Source: Priapulus caudatus (taxonomy: Eukaryota). Taken from it: a stretch of 42,477 nt of DNA. Below, piece by piece: positions 12,283 to 25,700 of this stretch. The stretch lies in assembly GCF_000485595.1 (NCBI RefSeq), contig NW_014577073.1:1006834-1049310 (forward strand). Direction: 5' to 3'. Positions within the stretch are counted from its first letter, which is position 1. Every line of letters starts with the position of its first letter. The position numbers and the translations under genes were made by a program. Below the pieces are notes generated by a model that saw nothing but the letters and a program-made list of their open reading frames with translations, did no database searches and was not told where the DNA came from.

Positions 12283-14633
12283 ATTGTTTGTTAGGAATTT
12301 CCTAGCGAAAATCAGCGGGCTACCATTACAGCCAGAAAAGAACGAACTGTAAACTGTTACAAATTGTATTTGAAATGTGTAATTTGTAATTCCTTTGAGA
12401 CTCAGCCAAGAAGCCACGTTGGTTGGGCCGTGGTGGTGAGTAGGGGACCCGCTGATTACACATTGTGACACATTGTTGCAATTATGTTGTTAAGTCTATT
12501 ATCGACCCCAGCGAGCGCGGGAATATATAATGCCACGCGTCAGCACAAAACCTGTTAGGCTGTTACTGCCCCGCCATCAGCCGTGCCGACAGCGCATTGC
12601 CTAAAACGCGTGGGCACTTTTCTGGCATATCTCCTTTTCGTAGCAAGTCAGCGCTGTATATGTATCCGACGTTGCCTCGAAACGGGCGGACGGTTGAGAC
12701 ATAATATTTTTTTAATATCGGCATAACGATTATTTTCTGTGCCGGTCCCCGCGGTTTCTGTACGGAGGGTAGAATCTCGCAGCGCGTGTGCAAGCAGGGC
12801 ATATATACGTTTATTGTTGAAAACTACTTTTACATTTCGTTTCAAATTCAGGTCGGACTGTTGTCACAACACTTTCTCGCGGCAAAGCAAATAAAATTAT
12901 TTCCCTCTGCATGTATTTGTTGGCCATTACCCTCTCGCTTGGCGTGCGGCGAAACCCGTAACAATGATGGGGTTAAAAGCCACAATATTTGGCCTGCAAG
13001 TGTTAACCAAAAATATACACCGCTTCCTTTGTTACGCACCTCTGGAACCGCTACAATGGCGTCCTTCCTACGCCTTTTGTGCATAAACTGTACCTCTAGC
13101 AACGGCTGTGCAACTGCTTGATACATGTTAGCAGTGGCGGCTTTGATCTATGTGTGTAAATCGTTATACCGATACGCACGCTACATAGCCATTACTCTCT
13201 ATTTGCATTAACTTACACGATCGCATATCTGTTTGAAATTCGTCATAACACACATTCTAAAGCATATACTGTTTGATAAATCCAAGAGCCATACTGAAAA
13301 ACCCTCGCGAAGTAATATAATAATACGAGTTTTATTATTTTAACGCTTACTTGCGTTCATTGAAACTTTAAGTTTGTGTGATGTTATACGGTCTCGTTAT
13401 ATCTTCTATTATCATCAATTTTATATTGCGGTTCCATCGGTTTGTTTTTTTGTTTTACATATTTGGCATGTATTTTATATATACGCGGATGAATGGTACA
13501 ATGGAGGCGTAGTATATGTGTAAACCGGTTCATCCGCAGACTGTTTAATTTCAAATTATGGACGTACGTGTTATGCGGCGTGACGATATCCCTTTGAAGT
13601 TCAAATTATTTTGCACATGAGCCGCACTATTTGATAAATCGTTAAAATATTTCGCGCGCAGTCTCTATTATTTATTATAGATCACACTGCTCCTACTTAC
13701 TTGCACATACGCTTCACTTACTTGTATCGGCTCGCACAATTCATATAGGATTCTACAGCGTGAGTAGATCCACGCAAACTCACCATAGCTGGTCCATGGT
13801 CTGAAAATACTACATTAAAATACCAAATAAGACGAGTCATCCCCCTTACTCTATATTTACAATATACATTAGAATACGGAGAATATGAAAAACGTTTTAT
13901 ATTATTCACACATAATTAAAACAATTATTAAATTATGTAACGGCAGGCTGGTAAATTTAATCACTCTATATAGATCGCGCTCCGCAGTGACGTCACGCGC
14001 GCGACGTTGCATAGATACATGCATGCTGTAACCTTCATAGGCTCGGTAAAGACACGCGGTAACTCCGCCCTCAAAATAATTAGTTAGTGTAGCACTAGTG
14101 GAGTTATACTATGGCGCGAGTGTGAGTATTGCGTGAGCGAGTATTACCAGAGGTAGCTCATACAAATTACGTGTTGTGGTCTTGTCTTACTCCTGATGTT
14201 GCAGCGAGCGAGGAGAGCATAAGCGATCGACTTCGCTAATATTTGACTCGAGCGCGCCGTACGTCCTTCCCCCGCTCGCCTCCTTCCCTTCTCATTACGC
14301 GTCCCCCACGCGTTCCCTCCCTCACAGCCGAAAAAGCTCTCTATTAAAAACCATACTCATTCTAACTACACGCATTCCTCTTGGTTGCGAAAACACTCGC
14401 AACGGACGGCAGCACGTGAACAAATCACCCCCCCCCCCCACCCACCCACCCACCTCCGCCAATCTCCGCTACCCCCCCCCACCACCACCTGCCCCTCGTA
14501 TAAAATCTTGTAAGTCTGTATTACGGTCGTGCGTCCGCCGTATTTTCTTACAAATTCAAGGCTTATCCGCTCATAGATTCTCCGCACATCGCCAGTCTCG
14601 GGCAGGCCGCCAGGCATACCCACGACTGGGCAG

Positions 14634-15096
14634 CAGTGGCGTAGTTAGGGGGGTCAAAGGGGGCCATGCCCCCCCCTGTTAATCCAAAAGTTAAAAAAAT
14701 AAGAAAATAAGAATGGTTCTACTAAAAAGAGAATTGTCGTAGTCAGAATGAAGGCTGAACATGTACTCAAAAGTGCCTCAAATACCATCTCCTGCGATCT
14801 ACATATTCAAAATGTTCTGGGGAAGGACCCCCATACCCCACCGCCTGTTTTTCACCGTCTCCTTGGAATCCTGGATCCGCCACTGAACAGTTACATATCT
14901 TGGGAGCATAGAACAACTAACAAAAATGTCGCCTTTTCGCATGGCGCCCAAAACAAAGATTGCAGAGCTGAGAGGTGGGGGAGCGTAGGGTGTGGAGATT
15001 GAGACGAAGGAACCATTAAAATATTAAGTCATCCACTAGTTTGCGCTGTTCGCTGTTTTTGGCCCCCCTGTTAAAAAAATCCTGGCTACGCCACTG
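14634..15096. mobile_element. hAT-type MITE (CAGTGGCGTAG...CTACGCCACTG), composite, with a related internal terminus ending at 14885
   Basis: 11-bp perfect TIR; internal GGAATCCTGGATCCGCCACTG; repeated GCCCCCCTGTTAA; no intact 8-bp TSD. Confidence 0.65.
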
Positions 15097-15784
15097 GTGT
15101 AGCGGCTAGCCTTCCGCACGCTCGTGAGGAGTAATCCGCTCAGGCACGGGTAAACATGACCGGCCCATAAGTCAGCTGTCAATCAACGAACCCAAACTCC
15201 CGGCAGCCGCCGCCGCCGCCTACGCCGCTATACTGCGTGCCGAGCGAGTTGCACGGCTTTCGTAACGCGTTTTAGACGATTACAGACGAGCAGCGGGATT
15301 AGACCGCGGGAAAGCTGCTTCGACAAAGGATAGATGAGCCCGTCTGCTTAACGCTAAACGCAAATACTCAGAACGGCGTTCTAAATCACGCCAATAACTA
15401 ATCATAATATTATTTCCCGCCAGCGGCCTAATCCAGCGAGCCACCTCATACGCCATACAGATCAGACGGCTGTGATAATAAATTTATGATGATGATCCAT
15501 GCATCTGTTTGAAATCAAATTAAGAAACAAAGTATGTTAAGTGGCATTTCGATGGTCTTTGCACGTAATTCCAGCTTCGAGGCACGCCTTATAATATATG
15601 CATGTGGACGGCGATTATATATGGTAATGCATTTAGTAATTGTGCATGTGCGTGACGTCACGCATGCAATGAGTACAATCCTTCTTTAGTTTTTCTTTGC
15701 TTTATCACTCTCTCCTCATGACTCTCTGCCCCATCCCATATTTTCTCGATCTTCCATTCCACTTTCCCCTTTCTCCCCCTTTGA

Positions 15785-15890
15785 TCCCTCTCTCTCCCCC
15801 ATCTCTCCTCTAGCGCTCTCTCCTTCTGGGTCTCTCTTTCTCTCTTTCTCTCTCTCTCTTCCTCTTTCTCTCTCTCTCTCTCTATCGCTG

Positions 15891-15940
<50 letters not shown>

Positions 15941-16428
15941 GTGTCTTTCTCTCTTTCTCTCTCTATCTCTCTCTCTCTCTATTTCCTCTTCTTATTCTAT
16001 CTCTATCTCCTCTCTCTCGTCTCTCTCTCTCTCTCCTCTCTCTCTCATCCTCTCTTCTCTCTCTCTCTCTCTCTCTCTTCTCTCCTCTCCTCTCTCTCTC
16101 TCTCTTCTCTCTCTAGTGTGTGGTCCCACCGAGCTGTGTGTGCCTGCTGTGTGGTGTGTGTGTGTTGTGGTGGTGTGTGTGTGTGTAGTGTCTGTCTGTC
16201 TGTCTGTCTGTTGCTCTCTCCTCTTTCTCTCTTTTCTCTCACTCTATCTCTCATCTCTCTCTCTCTCTCTCTCCTCCTCTCTCTCTCTCCCTTCTCTCTC
16301 NNNNNNNNNNNNNNNNNNNNNNNNNGCTGTGTGTTGTGTGTGTAGTGGTGTGTGTGTGGTGTGTGTTGTCTTCTGTTGTCGGTCTCTCTCTCTCTCTCTC
16401 TTTCTCTCTCCTCTCTCTCTCTCTCTCT

Positions 16429-16478
<50 letters not shown>

Positions 16479-16525
16479 AGTTCTCGCTCAAGCTATCTTA
16501 TTATCTCTCTTTCTCTCTCGCTCTT
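15785..16525. repeat. Degenerate (CT)n/(GT)n block containing a 25-N gap (16301-16325)
   Basis: Read directly; irregular units suggest low-quality sequence. Confidence 0.9.
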
Positions 16526-17748
16526 TATGTCTGTCTCCTGCACACGCTTTCTCTTTGTATTGACCAATTACATTCAGTTCGGGCACAGCATAACTTCCTA
16601 TGGACCACAGTGGACAGGCTGGGGTTAACGTCATGACAATGCCATTCGTGTGAATGATGATTGGAAGTCTTGCTTCCGAAAAACTGCAATGGAGGAGCGT
16701 ACGGTTCTTGTTGAAGCAAAGGTACACAAGCGGCACTCGAATTACAATTAGCTACTGTTAAAAGGCGGCAGCTCGCACTGCGGCAACAGATGCCAAATGT
16801 TGGCTTTGTTCATTTCGCTTGTCGAATTTGATAGATAGCTGAACAGAACGTTTACTCAACAGCGTTGCATTTCTACGCCTCGAAATATTAGACTGGCGTC
16901 AAGCATTTCAGTCTAGGCTTTGAGATCGTACACATTTTCCTCGTTTTTATCCACTTTGCTCGCTTGTAAAGGTTTTACTATTAGAACTACGCCACTGTTC
17001 CTTCCGTTCGCCTTGACGTCGTTTGTATATTATCACACCTGCCTCTGTCTGTGTATAGTCTATTTTGAATTCCATTTCCCGCCGGACTTGTGAGCCTGTA
17101 CATATTTCCTTTTGTCCTTACTCTGTATGACGAACGTTGAGAGTCAGACTAGCTCATTGTGGTCAAGCTTACTATGTGCAAACAGCAAAAGTAAATAGTA
17201 AACAAACAGCGTAAAGGCCATTATTTCAATTTCGTTAATTTCGCCTACGATCTAATCTCATCTCAGTTAGTGGTAATTAATTAAATTGGTGCAGATTTGC
17301 AAGCTGTCCACACAGTCTCGTGCTTTTGCAAGAACCACTGATCTTTTGTTCGTAGTTTTTACCGGTCCGTGGTAGATTGACGATTAGTCAATGCCATGTA
17401 TCATTCCATTCGTTTAGCAATATTCATTCGTCCAATTAGACACATTTACATCGTCGGATGAATCGCTATTTATTTTTATTATATTAGTTATATTATATTA
17501 TACGTGTTTACGTGGCTGTAACTTTTTTTACAACGTACAGAACTACAATGAACTTGATGAGCTTTTGCGTATTTAAAAACCGTGCTGTCGAAACTGCCAA
17601 TCACGATTACGTAATAAACCAACGATACACATATAGTTATAAATAATACATAATATATGTCCCCAAAACCACCCACTACCGGCCTCTCTCGCACGCCGTT
17701 CTCTTTTGAAGTTATACTTCTCGCTCTTTTTTTTTCTCCTTCCCCCAC

Positions 17749-17937
17749 CTCTCTCTCTATCTATCTACCTATCTATCTATCTATTTATCTATCCATCCAT
17801 CTATCTATCTATCTATTTATCTATCCATCTATCTATCTATATATTTATCTATCTATCATAAATCATAAATGCACCTCGCCTATATCTTCTCTCCTCGATC
17901 CTATCCTCTTCATTCTTCTATTTTCATTTCGCTCGCG

Positions 17938-17978
<41 letters not shown>

Positions 17979-17985
17979 ACACACA

Positions 17986-18032
<47 letters not shown>

Positions 18033-18180
18033 CACACACACACACGACACACACACTACACACACACACACACACATGCACACACGCCACACGCGCGCGT
18101 AGGTACAGACACTGTGCGCGCCCGCATAAACATACACACGTGCGCGTCATACACTTACACACATATACCACACACATACG
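17749..18180. repeat. (CTAT)n followed by (CG)n(CA)n compound microsatellite
   Basis: Read directly. Confidence 0.9.
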
Positions 18181-18599
18181 CTCCGTCTCTTTCTTTCCTC
18201 ATTTCCTATACCGCTTACACTTTGTCACACTTTCACAAGTACCAACATCGAACCATTTCCTTGCATCCGCGCCTGTGCGATTTCAAACGGCAATTTTCTA
18301 GCAAACGCCGCGTGGTCTCCCCTTGTAATCGCCACATGAACAAATAGCAGAAATGTATCGCGAAGGTGATTATACCGCTGTCCTCATTCCTATCGAACAA
18401 TCGTGAAATGTAGTAGTGCCGATTATAGGAGGCCACTAGGCATGGCCCCTCGCGTGCCCTCGGCAAACAACGAACAATGGAAATAATATTGGCATGACAA
18501 GTAATCGAAAATTCAGAGTGCGTCTGGAAACGCAAATGTCTTTATTAGGAGTAGTTCTATAATTTTAGCGAACGCGTTGCAATTTTAACGAGCCCTGAC

Positions 18600-19352
18600 G
18601 ATTTATATATTATATATATATATATATATATTATATTATATATATTATATATGTGATGTGTGTCACTGTGTGTGTTGGTGTGTGTTGTGGTGTGTGGTGC
18701 GCGCGCTGTGCGTGTGGCGTGTGCGTGTGCGTGTGGTGTCGGCGTCGTGCTGACGCGGGTGTGCGTGCCTGTCTACGTGTATGTGTAGTTGTGGTGGTGT
18801 GTGTGTGTGTGTTGTGTGCTGGTGCTGCGTGTGTGTGTGTTGTGTGTTCGTGTCTGCGTTCGTGCGTGTCGCCGTGTGCAGCGGTGTTGTGTACGCTGCG
18901 TGCGTTGCGATGCGTGGGTTGCGTGGTGCGTGCTGTCTGGTGTGTGTGTGTGTGTGTTGTGTAAAGTCTGTTGTGTGAAATGTGTGTCGTGTGTGTCGTG
19001 TGGTTGTGAGTGTGCGTGCTGCGTGTGGTGCTACGTGCCGTGCAGGCGTGGCTGCTGTGTGGTGTGTGTACGTGCGCCTGCGTGCGTGCGTGGCTGCTGT
19101 CGGTGCATGCGTGCGTGCGCACGCAGCGCGCGCCGGCGTGTTGTGTGTGTGTGTGTGCGTCGCGCGTGTGGCTGATGTGTCTGTACCGTGTGCGTGTGCG
19201 TCGCGGTGCGTGTGCGTGTGCGGGCCTGTGTTGTCTTGTACCGGTGTCTGTATGGTGTCGTGCGTGCTGTTGCGTCGCGCCTTGCTGTGCGTTCGTTGCG
19301 TGCTGTGTGTGTGTGTGTGCCGTTGCAGTCGCGGGAGCGCGGCGCGTTGTGT
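18600..19352. repeat. (TA)n then about 700 bp of scrambled (TG)/(TGCG) low-complexity sequence
   Basis: Read directly; almost no A; source of the spurious Cys/Val and His/Thr ORFs. Confidence 0.9.
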
Positions 19353-20098
19353 CTATGATAGCATATGTGCCGATGTTTTCATTATTCATTATTAATAATA
19401 TTTCTTACTATACGACTGACGGATTTTGCAAGCGTGAATTTAAGGGCCATGGCGATATTCTCTAGGCACGCTTTGATTGCATTGCAATAATAAGTAACAT
19501 ACAACATATTACATAAAAGAATTGTGCATGCGAAGGCTGGATAGAAATTTTTTTATGCTTGTGCGTGAATGCCGTTAGTAGATTATGTTATTACATCACT
19601 TAATGATGAACGACAAAATACATCGACAGTGTAAATAAACGCTCGGCAATATCTGGTTACGGCGTGTTATAACTGATAGCTGTGTACATATATCCTCCCT
19701 TCTATTATGAAGAATATAACCACGCTTCTTTTTCTCAGAGAATTATATTTGAAAACGACATATCGGCTTAGTAAGGTCTACGCCGTTAAATATTTCATAT
19801 CAGCACACGCTGTAACAAACTTACTTTACGTCTTGAACCGTTATTGAACATCCATATAATCATACGTAATGTAATTTACTTTATATAGACAGCCAATTCG
19901 AGATACCAATAATTTTGCCGTCGCTTGCGTATGTTATCAAAGATTTATATAACATATTAAAACGCATTCAGTAGATGTTATATTTAACAAATACAAAAAT
20001 ATAAAAACAAGTTTATATTTAACGAATACAAAAATTATAAAAATTCCCATTGTGGTTGCCATCGGAACGTTTATTTCGTTGCAGTAATAGATAACAAG

Positions 20099-20240
<142 letters not shown>

Positions 20241-21200
20241 TTAGTAATTGGTATAGCTACAGATCCTTCTTATTCTCCGTCTGATTCAGTGCTCATATTA
20301 ATAACATTAAACTCATTTTATAGTATCTACTTCCAATGTTAAGTAGTTAAATGACAACATCCTGCAATAACTAATCCTCCGTAATTTCGTATACATGTTT
20401 ATATGTTTCTACTCATCTGTGCCTATATACTATTCATATTATACATTACATAGTATATAGCTATGTTCGCGGTGACGTATACGTTTGCTTGTTGCAATTT
20501 CTGTCGGCTCTGGGTTCTCTGCAGAACACAAGCAAATTGAAAAGCGCGGCGTGTAGGCCTATACATTCATGACACCTGACATGAACCGCATTTGTACTAG
20601 CAGAGCTGTCTACAGTCTAGCGATGCAAGTCTACAAACGAGGCCGTCTCTTTGTGTCGTATATACCGCATTGCAACCGCGCGCAACCATAGTTAGTTTCA
20701 TAAAAAAATTAAAAATGATGTCGGACTGCCATCTGTTGGTGAAATTATAATTTTATAGTGGCATCTCACACAAAATATTCGTAAGCTACAGCCTTGAAAA
20801 TACGTTTTGATATGGCCGGAAAATGTTTTTTGAAAATATCACCGTGTTATACCCTCCATAACTCAGCATTTGCGTACTGATGAATGGCAATTGTATCGAG
20901 TACATAGCTCAATTTAAAATGGCTATATAAAATGCATACCGCTGGTACATAGCTATATATTATACCTGTAACTCTATTAAAAATGGCAAAAATGTTTTAT
21001 ATAGCTCCTTTGATAAATGGTACTACTACTAGAAAACTATATATCTATTTCAATGGTACTATAGCCATAGAAATAGATAGAGGTCCTAGGTGTCTGTTGT
21101 CACAATAGCTAGTAATAGTATTATATACAGTACTATGTTTCATATTATAATAGTTTTACGGTACGGTACTGGCAATGATTTTTTATTTATTTTATTTATT

Positions 21201-21272
21201 TATTTATTTCGATACTACTATTTATTTCGATACTACTATTTATTTCGATACTACTATTTATTTCGATACTAC
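21201..21272. repeat. 18-bp tandem repeat TATTTATTTCGATACTAC x4, preceded by (TTTA)n
   Basis: Four identical copies read directly. Confidence 0.9.
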
Positions 21273-21580
21273 TATTTACTAAAGCATACATTACATCGAT
21301 AACAGCATGAAAATTGATTGATGGGGTGGCAGCACTAAACGGACGCGGGTAATGCGCCGCGTATCCGCCGACAGCAGCGCCGAATGGCGGGAAATGTTGT
21401 TGTGTTATGACATTTGCTTTGTCATTATAATGTATGTTCCGGATATTTTTGCATGTTTATACATTTATAGACTTCCACAGTTGTATAATAGACTTATACA
21501 TAGTGCAACACATTGATTCAATGGTGACGCATTCGTATCTGCCTGTGCAATCTTAGCCAATCTACTGTCTGACCGCCACT

Positions 21581-21700
21581 TAGCTCTAGTACTACTACTA
21601 CTAGTACTAGTACTACTACTAGTAGTAGTATAGCCCGCGTACAGTTGCCACTGGCGCAGCGCCCAGCGGCCACTGTACGCGGGCTATAGTACAAGAGCTA
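21581..21700. mobile_element. 120-bp palindromic MITE, TAG...CTA termini, 9-bp TSD (AcademH-like or MULE-like)
   Basis: ACCGCCACT directly flanks both sides (21572-21580, 21701-21709); TAGCTCTAGTAC...GTACAAGAGCTA; inner TAGCCCGCGTACAGT...ACTGTACGCGGGCTA. Confidence 0.8.
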
Positions 21701-21719
21701 ACCGCCACTGTGCCAGGCC

Positions 21720-22385
21720 TACTGCTCATAGGGCCTATGTCCCCCAGGATACTGCCGGAACGTACCCTGGGTACCGTCCGGTATACCGGAACGTACCCTA
21801 GTCACTATTTGATACACAGTGGCTACCGGTATATGCCCGGCAGCCGGCGTATATCTGACGGCTGCCGCGGGCANNNNNNNNNNNNNNNNNNNNNNNNNNN
21901 NNNNNNNNNNNNNNNNNNNNNNNNNNNNNNNNNNNNNNNNNNNNNNNNNNNNNNNNNNNNNNNNNNNNNNNNNNNNNNNNNNNNNNNNNNNNNNNNNNNN
22001 NNNNNNNNNNNNNNNNNNNNNNNNNNNNNNNNNNNNNNNNNNNNNNNNNNNNNNNNNNNNNNNNNNNNNNNNNNNNNNNNNNNNNNNNNNNNNNNNNNNN
22101 NNNNNNNNNNNNNNNNNNNNNNNNNNNNNNNNNNNNNNNNNNNNNNNNNNNNNNNNNNNNNNNNNNNNNNNNNNNNNNNNNNNNNNNNNNNNNNNNNNNN
22201 NNNNNNNNNNNNNNNNNNNNNNNNNNNTTAGGGAGTAGGCGTAGGCGATTTCCTAGACTCGTTAGTGGAGTAGGCGAGGTACGGTTCGGCATATTAGATA
22301 GTACCAGGGTACGTTCCGGTATACCGGACCGTACCCAGGTTACGTTCCGGCAGTACTTCCAGGGACATAGACCCTCTCAGCAGTA
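21720..22385. mobile_element. MITE/foldback with about 90-bp TIRs spanning an assembly gap
   Basis: Left TACTGCTCATAGGGCCTATGTCCC...CCGGTATACCGGAACGTACCCT is the approximate reverse complement of 22295-22385; both ends TA. Confidence 0.7.
21874..22227. other. Assembly gap (N)
   Basis: Run of N. Confidence 1.
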
Positions 22386-22716
22386 ATACAGTACTGGCCT
22401 GCCGTCGTGCCGAGTCATAGACATAGTCATAGGCACTTACCTGTACGGCTACGAGTTACGTTTCAATAAATTGACACAAATTGTATTTACTTACTACTAG
22501 TACCACATTCTAAATGTTAATGCACTAACTATCCTCTAATAATTCCACCTCAAAATCGTTAAAATGCTCTACAACACAACTTCACCCTAGCAGTCACGCA
22601 TCACAGTTTGATCAGAGTTGAGTTAGATTGGGGACTTTCTACGGGATCTTTCAAGTATTTTCTTTGCTTTATTTTTTAGATTTTATGTCTATTGTAAATT
22701 TCCGGTCAACACAAAC

Positions 22717-22797
22717 ATGGCAGAAAAACAGATGGAATACAGCATTGGAGACAAGGTGTTTGCAAAAGTCAAAGGCCATCCATTTTGGCCGGCACGG
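22717..22797 (+). CDS. PSIP1-like exon 1 (MAEKQMEYSIGDKVFAKVKGHPFWPAR), start of PWWP
   Basis: AAACATGG start context; PWWP motif as PFWP; donor CGG|GTGTGT, phase 0. Confidence 0.92.
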
Positions 22798-25700
22798 GTG
22801 TGTATTCAGAAATGTAATGCAAGCAATTGTTATATTAGCTAGCTGACAGTGACAGTACTACTACTAGTAGTATTAGTAGTAAGATATGCTAACATATAAT
22901 ATAAACTAACAAAATATCAGTGTATAAACGTAACCATCTCGGACACAACTGCATTGCGTGTTTCCATGTAATAACTGTGTGTAACATCAAATGAATGAAT
23001 ATGTATTTGGTGTTATATAACTAACTTGGTATAGTGTGTTAGATCGGTTACATCACATCATAGATATATACAACACGTGTGTTGTATATATCTATGATCA
23101 CATGTACGTCGTGAACGTTTTTCACCTCTTCTGAATACACGAATACACGACTAGGCCTACTGTCTACACTACTGAATACACGAGTGTCATCTACAAGTGC
23201 ATAACATTACTGCCACATTAACATAATTTACCTGATACATGCATGTGGTTTGTTGGCCTAGTCAAAGAAGCATCAAACCACATGATTGATGCAAATGTAT
23301 TGTGTTTTCTTGTGCTATTCTTGTAAAACAAACACTGATTAGCCCTCAAGCAATTAAATGTTCCATAGTATGCTTACTCCAATTATCATCCGTAACATAA
23401 TATACCGGTAGTTAAAAATCATTCTGTAGTCAGTTCTCATTGGAGGTTTGTAGTGGTAACTGGGCATGTGTACGTGTTTGTGATAATATGCAGGCATCTG
23501 AAACCCAATCTATTAAAAAATATATTACTATAAAGTTTATATTGGTTAGGTTGTTAGGCAGTTGCACTTTTACAAATGTGTTTCAGGTGATCATGGCACC
23601 GGAGGGAGTGAATCTTCCTGTTGGAAGATTCTTCCTCATGTTCTATGGGACTCACGAAACGTAGGTCTCACTTGATAAAAACATCTTCGTTGTTCGAGAC
23701 TGTTAGAAAATGTAGTTCTACCCATATAGGCCTCGGAATGGTTCAACTGGCAGACCATCTGGCTTGATAGAATTCCCATTGCTATATTGTTGTAGCCACA
23801 CAAAATGTTACTTACCGTTTTGTTTTTATACAAATGTGATGAAGGTATAATTTATCATGTTTTACTATGATACTTTAATTATGCGCTCCATTGTCATAAT
23901 AGTTTGATTATCATTAATTCGGAAATGCAATGATGCGATTTTCACAGCGCGGCCCTTTGGCCAAGAAATCTTGTGCCGTATACTGAAGAGACTATAGCCA
24001 AGCATGGTAACAAGCCACATAAACGCAAAGCCTTCCACGATGCCAAGTGGGAAATCGTACATAATCCTGACGTAGACCCAGAGGTACATAAACTTCACTA
24101 CACTGGTTACATCTTTTTTTTTATTAAATTGTGACTGAATTGAATGGGTTTTTCTCACATCCTGTCATCTCTCTAAGTAAACATGTACAAACACAACTGG
24201 AACTAAAAAGAAATAACCAGATAACCATGAGTCAAGTATTGTTGCTGGAACTTATACACAGTAATGGAAGAAGTTAATGTGCTAGTGATTTCTCATTCTT
24301 CATTAAATTAAAGTATAACTTTGCACTCATCATTGTACCTGTCTATTGTAAAATCTGGTTGAAAAATGGAATAAAATTAATTTAAGAGCTAATTGAACAT
24401 TCGTAAATTATATTTGAATTGCAGATACTTATACCATTATCACAGTCATCCCTGGAGAGCAAGGCGTCGCCAAGAAAAAAAAGGTATCCATTGCGTGAAG
24501 GCGATACAAAGAAATCTGAAGACCAGGCACCGAAAGTGAAAAAGGAGAAACTTGACCTGCCGGTTTGAACAAAATTCATCTTTACTTGCAATATAATAAA
24601 CGTTATGTTAAAAAAACACGTTAAAAAATATGTACAACGTAACATATACTATATATATACTATACGCGATTTTTTATGTTAGCAATTGTCTAAAAATTGT
24701 GTTTGGGAACTGCATACAATATTAGGAACTTGCATGTCAGTATCATGAAAAGCATGATAGTGCTTGTTAATGGTGGCCTTAATTGTCACCCGCGTGCAGT
24801 ATAGCTAGCTTACATTGCTCATACATGTGAAATTACTTATTCACTGCTTCTCAGGTACAAAGTGATGGGAATCGGCTAGTTTTCATAATATTGCAAATGA
24901 TCAGCTTTCAATTATAGTCTATCAATGGCACGTCACTACATGCACATAATAAGTAACACAAGTTGTTATTACAGGCTTCCCCGCCTTCAGTTGAGAGCAG
25001 TCCTTCAATAAGCAGCAGTGGGCGCAGGATCAAGGCCAGAAATCTTGGCGACTTTGTTCTTACGCGACCTGTCCAACTTGGGTCGAGTCCTATCAAATCA
25101 AGTATTTTTCGTTTTTCATTCATTTCATTTTCAGTTGATATATCGATTTTTGTATGTTTTTAAAATGAATTACGAAGTAGTTGAAGCAGTTTTCTGTGTA
25201 TTTTTAGTCGTTTTACTGGATCAACTAAATTAAGGAATAAAGGTCATTTTTCTTTTTTCATCGTGTTTGCCTGATATTGCAATGTCTCGATGATATGTTT
25301 TTTGTATTTTGTTAATCTCGTTCACGGGTGAAATGTATCCCTATTATTCTCACGATTGCATATTATTCCCAGATTCTGGAATCTCTGCCGGTGTCGCAGT
25401 AAAAGGCGAGGAGCTGTCTGCGAAGGAAGCTTCTGAAACCAGCGTGACTCCCACGTTCGTCGATGCAGCAGTTCAAAGTTTACCTGTTAGAAGACGTAGG
25501 AGCCGGCTGAGTGTAGGAGCCATCAGCCCCGTAGTAGCAGCACGGCAGGTACATACATTGCTCATCGACACAAGAAATAATCCGTATTTTGTGTTGTGTA
25601 TTTCCTAATTGATGCCGAAAACGTACGTGCATGAAAAATATAATTAACTATATATGTATATATTAAGTTACGATTAGTAATTATATGTTAAAACTGAATT

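Noticed and set aside
13988..15664. Additional full CRE palindromes (TGACGTCA at 13988 and 15653)
   Set aside because: No linked promoter; GTGACGTCAC is frequent in CpG-rich invertebrate DNA and TEs
15941..19465. Cys/Val-, His/Thr- and Leu/Ser-rich ORFs up to 252 aa (metallothionein- or mucin-like)
   Set aside because: Dinucleotide repeats; the scrambled units look like low-quality sequence through microsatellites
21710..22292. ORFs spanning the gap
   Set aside because: N-derived
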